Below, piece after piece: positions 1-33,036 of a stretch of 64,000 nucleotides of DNA. The position numbers and the translations under genes were made by a program. The notes under the pieces were generated by a model that made no database searches, had not been told where the DNA came from, and worked only from the letters and a program-made list of their open reading frames with translations. Every line of letters begins with the position of its first letter. Position 1 is the stretch's first letter. The stretch covers positions 40,340,788-40,404,787 of the forward strand of contig CM120640.1 of the NCBI GenBank assembly GCA_051362555.1, read 5' to 3'. The stretch is from Lingula anatina (taxonomy: Eukaryota > Animalia > Brachiopoda).

Positions 1-10
1 GTTTTCCCAG

Positions 11-21527
<21,517 letters not shown>

Positions 21528-22483
21528 GCCATTCCATTCACAAACATTTTTTGACTACGCAGAAATTAAGCGCCTTATGGAATGCTTTACTGACATGCAA
21601 CATACACCTGTCAAATATTTAGCATTTGAAGAGAGACTACAGTCTATAAATGTTAAATTTTCTATTATTTAGTTAGCTGTACATGTATATTACGCATGCC
21701 GTCCAGCTTAGGTTATTTTTTGACACAAAATATTGTTCTGAGAAACTGCTCAGCATTTGAGTTACCTCAGATATTTACATAGCACATTGTAGCTGAGTTT
21801 CTTGACGTCCAATATTTATGGGAACATTTATGAAAAGAGACTAGTCCACAAATGTCAACTGTTCTATATCCTACGTGTATATATTATGAATACCGTCCAA
21901 ATGATGTTATTTTGAGACCAAGACCAAAAATGTTTTTCAAGCATTGTAGTAGAACTGCAAATTGTTTCACAAATACCATGAAATTATGAAAAAATATATT
22001 TTTTGAGAAATTGCTTAAGAGAAAATGGAAATCAAATTGAGAGCATAAACATGCCTCATTTTCCATGCTGTCCATAACATAATCTGTCCATATGTTTATT
22101 TCAAGCATTTATCAATATTTATATATATATATAATCCAGATTTTTATATATTCAGCTTTACACTGCAATCTCTACTAGTGCTAGCTTTAACTAAGTCAGT
22201 TTGATAAGATATATTTGTGTACATAGCTGGATCCGTCCATTAAAAGTACTTACATGTATATTATTCTGATTTATATGGATCACAAAGTAATTATGCACTG
22301 TTTACAAGTACAATTTTGTAATGCGCTGGTAGCATTTTAAGAAATTATTTAATAATAATTTGAAACCAATGTCTGTGATTTGATTAGCACCACATATTAA
22401 ATATTTGATTGCATTTACTTGGCTATTATTAGAAGCAGTTCAGACATGTCAAAATTATAAATGTACTATCTGAAGGAAGAGGA

Positions 22484-22489
22484 AATAAA
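22484..22489 (+). terminator. Candidate poly(A) signal of the giant Cys-rich protein gene
   Basis: AATAAA about 960 nt after the stop codon, with T-rich sequence downstream; ATTAAA alternatives lie upstream. Confidence 0.45.
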
Positions 22490-22974
22490 TACTTAGTTAA
22501 CAAAATATGTCATTCTCATTTTATTGATGGGCCCTTTATTTTGTTTAAAAATTTAAAAAAAATGTTTTTGACATAATTCATTCTTCATGCCATGTCCAAA
22601 TGTAGGGAGCAAGTATTTTGACATTAATTTTATTTTCTGTCTAAAGCATAAGCTCTACAAGTGCCCAAGTACATATGTACATTTGAAATTTGGAATCACA
22701 CACAAAGGCTCCTAAAACAGACATAGTGGATTTTTTCTGCCATGTTAGGACTCATTCCCAATCAAACTGTTAAGTTTGCCTATTCTTATGTCCAACATAC
22801 TTTCATACTTGTTTAAGTCACCAACTTTTCTGTATGCTATTCAGTGCCTAGAGGAGGTGTGTTTAAAATCTGATAAACTAACTGCATTTTGCAAGAGCCC
22901 TAGTGAAGTTGGATCGATCTAGGTAGAAGGATGGTTTCATTGGAATTAAGCCCTTTAGTTTTTTTATTGCATTT

Positions 22975-23600
22975 TCTCACGCCCAAAGGCAAAGTGGGCG
23001 TGATTGTGTCTTAACAGGTAAATGCAGTTGCTGCGCTAATTGCGTTTTCTCCACCAACAGCAGAGGGCGTGTCTATTGATCATCGAACAGCCAACAGCCG
23101 GTGCTCCGCCTGATTTGCATAGATTGGAGGTCCTTGTAGAGTGGACTATTGGCGGGTTTGGGGGATAGTACCTAAATCACTGACACAGTGTGAAGGTGAG
23201 TAAGAACAATAACTACAATCGTTTACATTTATATTTTAATTGCATGCGTAGAATGCTGAAAAATTACAACGCGATCGGCGAGGCGCCGGCTTCTTGCTCG
23301 CTGCTCATTCCCCCAGCATGTCGGCATGAATGAGTCATCGGGGCTTGGAGAGACTGTGAAACGGGTCACGCTGTCCCCTGGCGTTTGTGCGTTCTACAAC
23401 TATCGCCTGATACTTTCGTTGTGGATTCAATATCAAATTCGTCTAAATTTATCCAAATTAGAGTTAAATATTCTCTGTGAATCGCACCGATCCTGCATCC
23501 GCCATCTTGAATAGTTTGGATTCTATGTACGAGGAAGCTCGGCCTTAGATTACCCTCTTTATCAGTCTAGAAACGGCGTCTGGTTCATATTTAAAATATC
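22975..23600 (+). promoter_or_regulatory. CpG-rich promoter and probable non-coding first exon of adducin (donor at 23196)
   Basis: Abrupt CpG enrichment against depleted flanks. GC-box-like CACGCCC/GGGCGTG, octamer ATTTGCAT, reverse CCAAT (ATTGG) and a strong donor AAG|GTGAGT at 23195/23196. Confidence 0.7.
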
Positions 23601-24550
23601 TGTTTGTTCAGGAAAGTTTATTGCAAAATTCAGATATAACTGACATATACCAGCGTCCGTTTGTTAGCTTAATAAATCCTTAGTTTTATAGTGGCAACAT
23701 TGTCCGTAAAACAGCGTGAAAATCCCATTAATTTTATTTTTAGCAAAGTGGGTGGGGTGCTTGGGAAGAAATCTCAATGCAGTATATACTGTTAGAAGTA
23801 TAGATACATTGTTAGAAAAACTGATTTTAAACTACAATGTTATCAGTATTACAGTTAGTAGACCAGCATCCAGTTTAACATGATGCGTTATTCACAGCGA
23901 AGATACCATAACTGTTTACCATGTTGATGATATCTGCCCTTTCTAAAACAACAACATATTTTTGTTTAGTTTCTCACGGCTAACTGAATTAGTTACTTGT
24001 TTACAAGACTGTTATTTATAGTAGGAAATATAGATAACCCACTAGCCACTGGTCATCCCTTTGAATTGGTCTACTGACCATGTAACTGTGCCTGACAAAT
24101 TGACCAGCCAGTAATTTGCAGACAATGATGCACCCATGTCACACTAGAGGTACTATTAAGGGTCATTTTACACACGCCAGCTTGTTGTGTCTGTCTGTTT
24201 ATGTCATTACCTCATGGATTATACTGGTGATTTATATGTTGGAGACAGGAAAGGTTTTTAATAATGTCTATGTACTGAAATATGAAAAGGTACTTTTTTG
24301 AATGGGGTGTTAAATAATGTCTCTTTTAGTACCTTTTTCTGAAAAATTGCCCTTTCAGCAATGAAATTATAGAATCACCTTTGTTGTCTGTCATAGTGAC
24401 AGGCAATTTCTATAAGCAATTTATATAATTACAACTTGTAAATGTCATCTGTCTTGTTGGATTTTATGTCTGCTAGGTTTTAAAGCATGTTCAGATTCAG
24501 TTTGTTTGCAGAGAAATGACAATAGATTTTGATAAACATTCTTTACACTC

Positions 24551-24554
<4 letters not shown>

Positions 24555-24610
<56 letters not shown>
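24555..24610. repeat. (TA)n microsatellite
   Basis: Perfect TA run. Confidence 0.97.
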
Positions 24611-24613
<3 letters not shown>

Positions 24614-26418
24614 TATAGGGTCAATATGTATTGGTCAGGTTACTTTTGAAATTATATATTATAAGCTGCTGGGCAGAGTTGGATTTAGCCTCTGCCTGAC
24701 TAATTATAATGATCTATTCAAATGGCCAGCTGGATTACTTGTATGTTGAAGGTAATGTTAAGTTGTAGTGTGCACAAGTTGGTATTGTGTTTCTTGATAA
24801 TCACATTTTCTGCATCCTGCTCAAGAGAGAGAAAATGGGGTATTAACACCTGCTATTTACAGTTAACTACATCCACCAATATGTCTGGTTTTAATGAGCA
24901 TTAGAGTCGAGGGTTTGAAAATAACCAATGTTTCTGACTATTTATGTACAGTGTAAGCATTTTCATGAGTCATTTGATTGATTCCAAAAAATAGGTGCAT
25001 TGTATTTGTAAACAGTAATGGATCTATAACACTTATGATAGAAAATACTTGAAGGGAATCCATATGTATAAAGAATGGAAGAAAAGCCAGTTTAGACGAG
25101 TCACCCCAGTGAACAGTTAGAAAATAAAACATCAGCTAAGAAGGTAGGAAAAATGGCTTTCCCTCTTTTATCATTGATTTGATCTATATGTTGACTTTTC
25201 TGAAACAATTGAAATAAAAATTGGAATGTGTTAGAATAAACCATGTGATTTACCAGGTAAGGATGGCCAGGTGTATACCAAACCACTAAGGTCTTAAGTC
25301 AGGTGTGAAAAATATTACTGGTGTCATATTCAGATTGAATTAGTGCTTAATGTCATGTAGTCATCTAGTAAATTTACCCCCCTTAGAACTGTTATCAAAT
25401 GACAACATACAAGATGTGTTATTACAGTCTCATTACAGTCGCGCATTCTAGTGTTTAGGCGTCTGCGAAGTGTGTGCATAAAAGATGAACTAGGTCATTG
25501 GTGTGTTATACAGGTAAAGTTTATGGTCAAGGATGATAGTTTTGTTGTTTAGTCAATGCCAGTGTCTAAATAAGCAAGCCAAACCATGTGCTAGGTCATT
25601 TGTGTGCATGCTGGCTGGTGATGGGAAAGCTGCAAAATTCCTTTTGTATGAGGAATTTGTTCAAGGGCTTGGGACTTTTTTTTGCTGAGGTTTTGACTGG
25701 TTAGAGAGCAGGTTAAAATTGGCAGTTTGCACCATTGCCTGGATATACTTAAAAGAAGTCCAGGATATTGTCTAGATAACTTTTTTGGCAGAAGAATAAA
25801 TCAACTGATGTATGCATTATTGTGCATTTTTTTTTTTTTTCAGATCTGTTCAGTGGTTCAATAAACTTGTAAGATTACTAAAACATTTGTTTGACAAAAC
25901 ATTTTGTACGCCAACTTTATTTTTTTACTTTTGATCCTCACTTCCAAAAATGTCTTTTTAATGTACCTTTTCTTCAGTATCAATTTATTAAACTTCATTT
26001 GGTTTAAATATTACCTATTTTTAGCCTAACTATCAGTGGTCTTTGAATGGAGCCCGGAATTCCTAACTGTCATTCTGTTGAACTTTATCTTTGCTTAATA
26101 TTTCACTTTTATCTCAGTGCACAAACACTGTGTAGTCCTCTATATCTCATGCTGAGCAGTTAGCACTGTTATCCTGTTTTATTCAAAGAAGATAGCAGTT
26201 TTGATATAAATGCTTACTCATTTACAAGCAAATTTCAAAAATAAAATCCATGTGTTATACGTAAATTATCATACTAGTATTAATTTATTTCATTCATTTT
26301 TTTTTTCTCATAACATATTTTAATGATAAAACTGCCAAGATAAGTTAGGGTGGATGGTGTTAGGTAAGGTCCATTTACAAGCAGCAAAATTGATTTTAAA
26401 AAAATCATTGATCAGGTT

Positions 26419-26562
26419 CAGGCCTACCCAACTACCAGACTACCAGACTACCAGACTTACAGCTATGCGATCTGATACACACCTTGAAAACGGGTAGTGT
26501 GGTCCGATTTACCGGTGAATTCTGGATCATTCAGTGCCGAGTCTGGTAGTTGGGTAGGCCTG
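26419..26562. mobile_element. 144-bp MITE with 23-bp perfect TIRs and 5-bp TSD
   Basis: CAGGCCTACCCAACTACCAGACT (26419-26441) and its reverse complement (26540-26562); AGGTT on both sides (26414-26418, 26563-26567). Confidence 0.85.
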
Positions 26563-26985
26563 AGGTTGGTCAGATTTTCATGTCTAGCAAGAATTTTTTT
26601 CTCTTTTGCAATGATTTACTTTAAGGTGTCATAATATATAAACTGATGTGACCTTATATTTGCACTGGAGGCTTTGTTGTCACTTATACAACAAAGATGT
26701 TTGGATTGTCTAATAGTTAACCAACCTAGCTTGTTTAAAAGAGGTTTGTTTACTGAAGTAATGGTGGGTGGAGTGCTGTCTTTCCCTTCTCTTTTCCACC
26801 CAAGGTCACGGTTTAACAGTCTTGTTATTTATCTGGATACCCTAAAATTCAAAAGTAAAGGGTGGATTAAACACACAATGACCGTCTTCAAAGGACTAGT
26901 GCCCCAATGAAACCTTTCATGTTGCAAGATAAGAGCTCAAGCATGAAATGGTCAGAGACATGAATGATAGGGAGACATTAACGAG

Positions 26986-27017
26986 GGAGTAGCTACACAC
27001 GGAGTAGCTACACACGG
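26986..27017. repeat. 15-bp perfect tandem duplication
   Basis: GGAGTAGCTACACAC x2 followed by GG. Confidence 0.85.
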
Positions 27018-27688
27018 TGACAGATTGAGGAATGCTAGAAATGAGTGGACACTATTTCCTCAAGTTCTCCAATGTAAAGAAAAAAATCCCTCAATATAGT
27101 AATCTTAAACCGATCATTTTCTCTCCCCCCTTTTTTCCTCCCATTCATTTTTCTCTCTCCCGTCATCTCTTCCTATACGCATTTCTCTCAGATTTACTAT
27201 ATAAAAGACTAGCAGTCTTTTTACCCTTTTTTAAAACTGTCTGCCAACTACAGCAGACACATCAAAGGGCACAAGGTGTACATGTGAAATATATCAGAGA
27301 AAATTGGCCCATTGCATTCAGCTTAACAACTTACATCACTTAACCTTCAAAGGAGCCACAAATGGTTCTGTTTTTTTGTGGTGTCTTGCACGCACTTAAA
27401 ATAAGTGCACTCCTAACACTGTGGTCAAAAAGCACAGAGTTGACTTCATTACTTCTTGCACAGATTGTACAGGTGGTCTGGATATTGTTGATTTAGTTGC
27501 GTAGCTTGTAATTTGGATGCGAGTTTGGCATGAGACAGGTTAGCCCTGGATGAAGTCAACTTCGGATTATAGCTTCGTCATAGATCTTTTGCATGAATGT
27601 CACCATTGATGTAGAACATGAGAATAATACTGATAGAACTACTAAAAATTGGCCTCTCATAGTTAAATATGACTGGGTTCTCATAAAC

Positions 27689-27807
27689 CTATCATACTGG
27701 CAGGATCGATCTAACTCCAAGGGGATTCTCCCTAAATTGCATACATAAACTGAATGCAATTTAGTGAGAATCCCCTCAGAGATAGATCGACCCTGCTAGT
27801 TCGATAG
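27689..27807. mobile_element. Imperfect palindromic element (probable degraded MITE)
   Basis: Left arm ctggcaggatcgatcta..ggggattctc.ctaaattgcat mirrors right arm atgcaatttag.gagaatcccc..tagatcgaccctgctag. Confidence 0.7.
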
Positions 27808-30800
27808 AGAATGGTCCCTATGACTTGAATATATGCAATGGCAATCAGTATTTAAAAAAATCATGTATGTCAAGCCTTACAATAAACATATAGCTTTTCT
27901 AGAAGTGTTACAGCCTACTGAAGTGTTATTTCTGTCAGAGTTCTCTCCATGTTACAGGGCACTGGCTGAACTGTCATTGTGTGTACTAGTAAATGTATAG
28001 TATTACCATTTTAATGAGAGGTAAAATCCACTGCCTATATCCACTAAGCTTCAGGTTGGTTCACATCAGATTTGTCTTATACTTGTTGAACATGATATGG
28101 GTGCTCTTATAGTCTGCCATATATGCAGAATATAAGTGCATTAGGTTCTCCCATTCCAAACTGAACCGGTTCCGAATCGCAAGTTGAGTCACCATTGTTT
28201 ATGTGTTATGATTAATATTGAAATGTTACAGACCGTGCATTGTGAATTCAGAACTGTTTACGTCTACAGTGAGTAGATTGTTATAATAAGTGTAAACGTG
28301 AAGTGTTACCATTCATAACACTCTTCTTTGTCAGGAACAAGGTAACAAAAGATCTGTATATGGCTAGTTTAAGGCATAAGGGCATCAAATTGCTAACTTT
28401 TCTTTCTTTCTTCTGATCTTGTGCAAATGTTTTAGGAACCATTTGTGAAAGAATAGAGGTTTTTTCTCTGTAGTCTTGTGTCTCTTTCTCAAGGTCAGGT
28501 CATACTTACTTCACTAGTGCAGACTTCTTTCTTTGCTGTTCCATTCATTTTTTACTTGCTAAGTTTTTTATGCATTTAACACCCACACCACGTCAGTTAA
28601 CAAGGTGGTACGTGACAGGTATGTTGATTTACAGGTATTCTACATGTTTGAATATTTGTCACATAGTAATTTTGTCGGGGTACATTCTTAATGACTGTCA
28701 CTGACATCACTAAGGAAAGGTTTTTTTGAGTTACAGCTTAATAATAGCTTATTATGCTTTATGAATATATATTCCTTTGAAAAAGCTGAATATGGTGTTC
28801 TGGTAGAATGGAAGAGACTGTTAAAATATAATGTGGAGAAAGTGAAAAGCCAAGTTGAAATAATGCAATAGAATGAAGGAAACTAGATTTTATCTCCTTT
28901 GAATTATAGGCCTAACCCGGTTTTAGATAAATTCTTCAAATATTGAGTATATAATATATTGATTAAATGTTTAGTATCTTGAGCTGCTTTCTGATAGACT
29001 GAGTATCATTATCTCTATCTTTAGATAAGTGTTTTCCCTATCATTAGTATTTTCACTCTACAGATAACTTGTTTCCATTCAAATTGCATGACTGATCTTA
29101 AATCAACTGAAACGTCAAATGTACATTTTGAAAGACAAAGCTTGATATCTAGACACAGCTAGCAAAGAGCTAAGTTCAGGTATGTTAATATTGCCTCTCA
29201 AGACTTGCATTATGATTGAGACTGTGTCTAAAAGGACAGCAAAGGTTAAAGCTCTCTCTGACAGATGATGCAAATTCTGTTAAATGATATACCTAGAGGG
29301 TGATTGTATTGATTATTCAATATAGTTGTGAGATGAGCTGCCTCCAAGTTCTCTCCTTGCTGCAAGTGATAAGTCTGAACTTTTACTTTCACTTAGGTCA
29401 GTAGACAGTAGTATTAGCAATTACTCAATACGACAAATTCTTCTTATCAGTTATTGTAATGCAAGCTTCTTGAATAATGTATCAGTGGGTTAAGAGGGCG
29501 CTTTAATACCAATAAAGTTATCAATATTGTCTAACCTATGATTTTTATAGTTTTGGAAAATAAAATCTGGAACCACAGAAGTGGATTTTAGGCAGAAAGT
29601 GGAGTCTTGATGTCTGAATTGATGGGAAACAGTATCTAGACCTACAGTCAAATAATAGGTTTGAATCTGGCTGCTGGTCACTTACAGTGTTGTGGGAGGT
29701 AGGTCTGAGGAAGATTGAGCACATATTGCACCCATTACCAAGACTGTAACCTTCCTAGCAGGGATACCCACATAGGTCTTTCAAGTTTGCAGAGGTAATT
29801 CTTTGCAGAAAAAAGTTTCACTTCCTTGTGAAGATTTTCAATATGGAGATGGAGGAATGAAACTAAAATTTTCTCAAAAGAAATGGATGAGAACTTAGTC
29901 AAGATGGTCAATATTCTTAGGTGGAAAGATGTAGATGGACACTGACTATAAAATTAACACCTGTGATGCAGATTATGTCATCAATCAACAGATATTTCAG
30001 AGAAACAGCGAAGGCTGTCTTGCACCAGAAGCAACACTGTACTAGTATTTGATTTTAGTACAAAGCAATAGAAAAATTTATACCTTGCATTTTGCTATTT
30101 GGTGGTTTAGCTTCACGCATAGATTTTGCTGATATCATTCACATATAGACAAATTAAGGTGAGATATCTGCATCAGTCTATTGAAAAATATTAACTCTTG
30201 TGGTTTCTTTTTGAGTTTCCTACAACCATCACCATCCAGTAAAAAGGGAAGTGTGTTTGTTGAGGGGGAGGGGGGAATAGTAAGAATTCATTACCTGTGC
30301 CTCTTATGCTTTTCACCAAAGTTAATCCTCCACAGACTACATTATATGGGATTATAATGTTTGAAAGCAGGTGCTTGTTCAATAATCCTGCTGCAGTGTT
30401 ATTGCAGCAGTCAACAAGGGGTTAAATAGTCAAGCCTGTGCATATAACCAAGAGAAAAAAGCAGGCAATGCAGGTATAATGTTGCCAAACAGGAAAACAG
30501 CATTTCTGTTGACTTGTCAATGGGTTTTTGTCATATTCGTTTAGTGTTTTCACCTACTCTTAACAATCCACAGATCATATCAACAGGAGGAAGTCACTAA
30601 ATAAATCCCTATGTAGGAAATGTTGTGAACATCTTTAATGAGTTGAACAATACCTATTCAATGGGATTATTAAATCAGGGCCAATTAATTACTAGTCAGC
30701 TCTAAAGATGGATGTTAAAATGTACAGCAGTCCTATTTATTTGCATATTCCCAACATATTTGACTTCAAATACTGAAAGCATTCTGTGACAGGCCTATTT

Positions 30801-33036
30801 GCTGTTTACAGATCCTGAGAATATATTGGACTAGGAGGGCTAGATCAATAGCAAGTTAGACTACACAGGGCTGTGTCTTGTCAATAAATTGTTGGCTGGT
30901 ATGGGCAGTGAGGGAGAGGTTTAGGTATATGGTTGCTCAGAAAGAGTTGGTTGCTGTTGACAGAACAATTGACAGAATGACAGAAGATTGTATGAATCAA
31001 ATAAGACTAATGTTTTAAAAAGTTTGTTGAATGAGGTAAATGGGAAACAAAGCTAAACATGGTTTTGCTGATTATGGGTAGTCTCTTATTTTGAGCAGTC
31101 CTATCTTCTGGGTGCATTACTTCATGCTGCTGCCTCACTATAGAAAATTCCCTTAATATTTCTGATCCAGTTCACTCTGTGCAAACACTGCCAAGAATTA
31201 ACAAACAGTTGAACAGGGAAATTAATAACAGTCACTTGGGAGGGATATAAATACCTAGAGAGCTATGTGCTTAATACAGGTAGACAAGTAGGTCTAACAA
31301 GGACATGGATGCCAGGTAAACGTGTTTATGAGCCTTTAAAGTTTATGGGTATCTTTGTATAATCTGTATGAGTTGTATTTGCATTTAATAGTAATGCCTT
31401 CAGCAGCTGAGTAGTGTTATTTGAGGTCGCATGTTGAAATTTTGAGTCATTTGTTTAGTTGAAATATTTTTATTGCCCGAGAAGTCAAAATATAATTCCC
31501 ATGCTTTTCAAATAGTGTCTTTTTGTATTTGCACCTTGGCTGAAGTTATGAAATAAAATACTAAAGTTGTTTTGTAATTTATTTTGTTCTTGCTTGAGTT
31601 CCCAACAACAAAAACTTGAGAAAAGAACATAACTTGAAGCAATAGACATGGAAAGAAGCATTTTTGTTCCTTGTAACATTTCTTTATATTTTCATCTTCA
31701 TGAAAGGTATACTATAACTTAGAATACCAGCATTTTTAAATCTTAGCTGGAGGTCTTTTTAGTAAGAGCTACTGTGAACATAGATTTAAGTAATATATAT
31801 ATCATTGTTGCGTGCTACAAACTTGCATTCAACCCTGGCTGTCACTTGCCAGTTGTGACTCAATTATCCAACCACATTATAATACACTTATACAGGTATG
31901 GGAAATCATACTCCATATGCTTTCAGGAGAAGAATCAATAATCTGAGTAGTAGACACTAATAATGCATTGTGTTGTATCCATCTGTGACTTCCATATTGT
32001 TAGGAAATGAAAAAGGGAATATTAACTAGATATTTCATGAATTTAGCTTTTGGGGATATATATGGCATTGTTGCAATAATATCAAATAGAAACCAAAAAT
32101 ATGATAATTGGTCTGAAAATAGTTGAATATTTAAATTTTTGGTTCATTTAACCTTATCCAAAATATGCCAGAAGTCATTGGCAAAAGATGTTGGGGGGGA
32201 GGGGGGGGGAATAAAAACAGCATGTTAGATATGGAGTTATAATTTCATTACTGATCTTTGTGTGATATTCAATGGCTGTCCATCTGGTCTAATCCCCAAG
32301 CATAGTTTTAACATGATATAATTGTTTCCCTGTCAACACCTGGTAATTTACTTTATGCACACGTGTTTTTTGTCTTCATCTCAAGCATGGAATGTACAAA
32401 ATTTTCACATTAGCCTTGCATGCAGTCACACTTAATGGTTGGAGGCTTGCCTGTAAAAAGGCTTTGTAAATTTATTGTAATGATGAAATTACTAAATCCA
32501 GTTCATGCAAAGAGTATACATTGAATACTCAGACTGTTTGTATTGATTTTTTTTCTGGTTGGCTTTGTGAATCCACCAACTCTTATTTAATGCCTCAGGT
32601 GTAGGTTAGTGCATGTTGAGCCTCAGAACTTGACGGACTAGTTCGCGCCTGTTTTGATAGGTAAACATTGAGTCAGTCGGTCTGTGCCTTGCTGTATGGG
32701 TTTCCCTGAGTAAATATGAAGTGGATGACAGCTCTCTCTGGGCGTGGGATGATTTATAGTCAGTGGAGCACAGCCGCAGAGGAATTATGGCCCAGATTGC
32801 GATGGAGGAGCCAAGCAGGCATTTCCTGCAGTGCTGACAACAGCAATCTTAAAAGATAACAGGCCAGTAATGTTATATAAAGTGACTATCAGCTGTAGGC
32901 ATCTTTGATTCAACTTTAATGTATTTTTGCTCTCTGATGACCTAGATTTTGGGTAATTGGCTCACTCAGTTATGTGTTTTTTATTTGCAGTCTGGGTTGA
33001 GTCATCCAAGCGGCTTGCAGCAGCAGCTTAGCTAGC

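Noticed and set aside
21735-21772. Short hairpin in the 3' UTR of the giant gene, considered as a SECIS
   Set aside because: No SECIS core geometry, and no in-frame TGA in the reconstructed exons.
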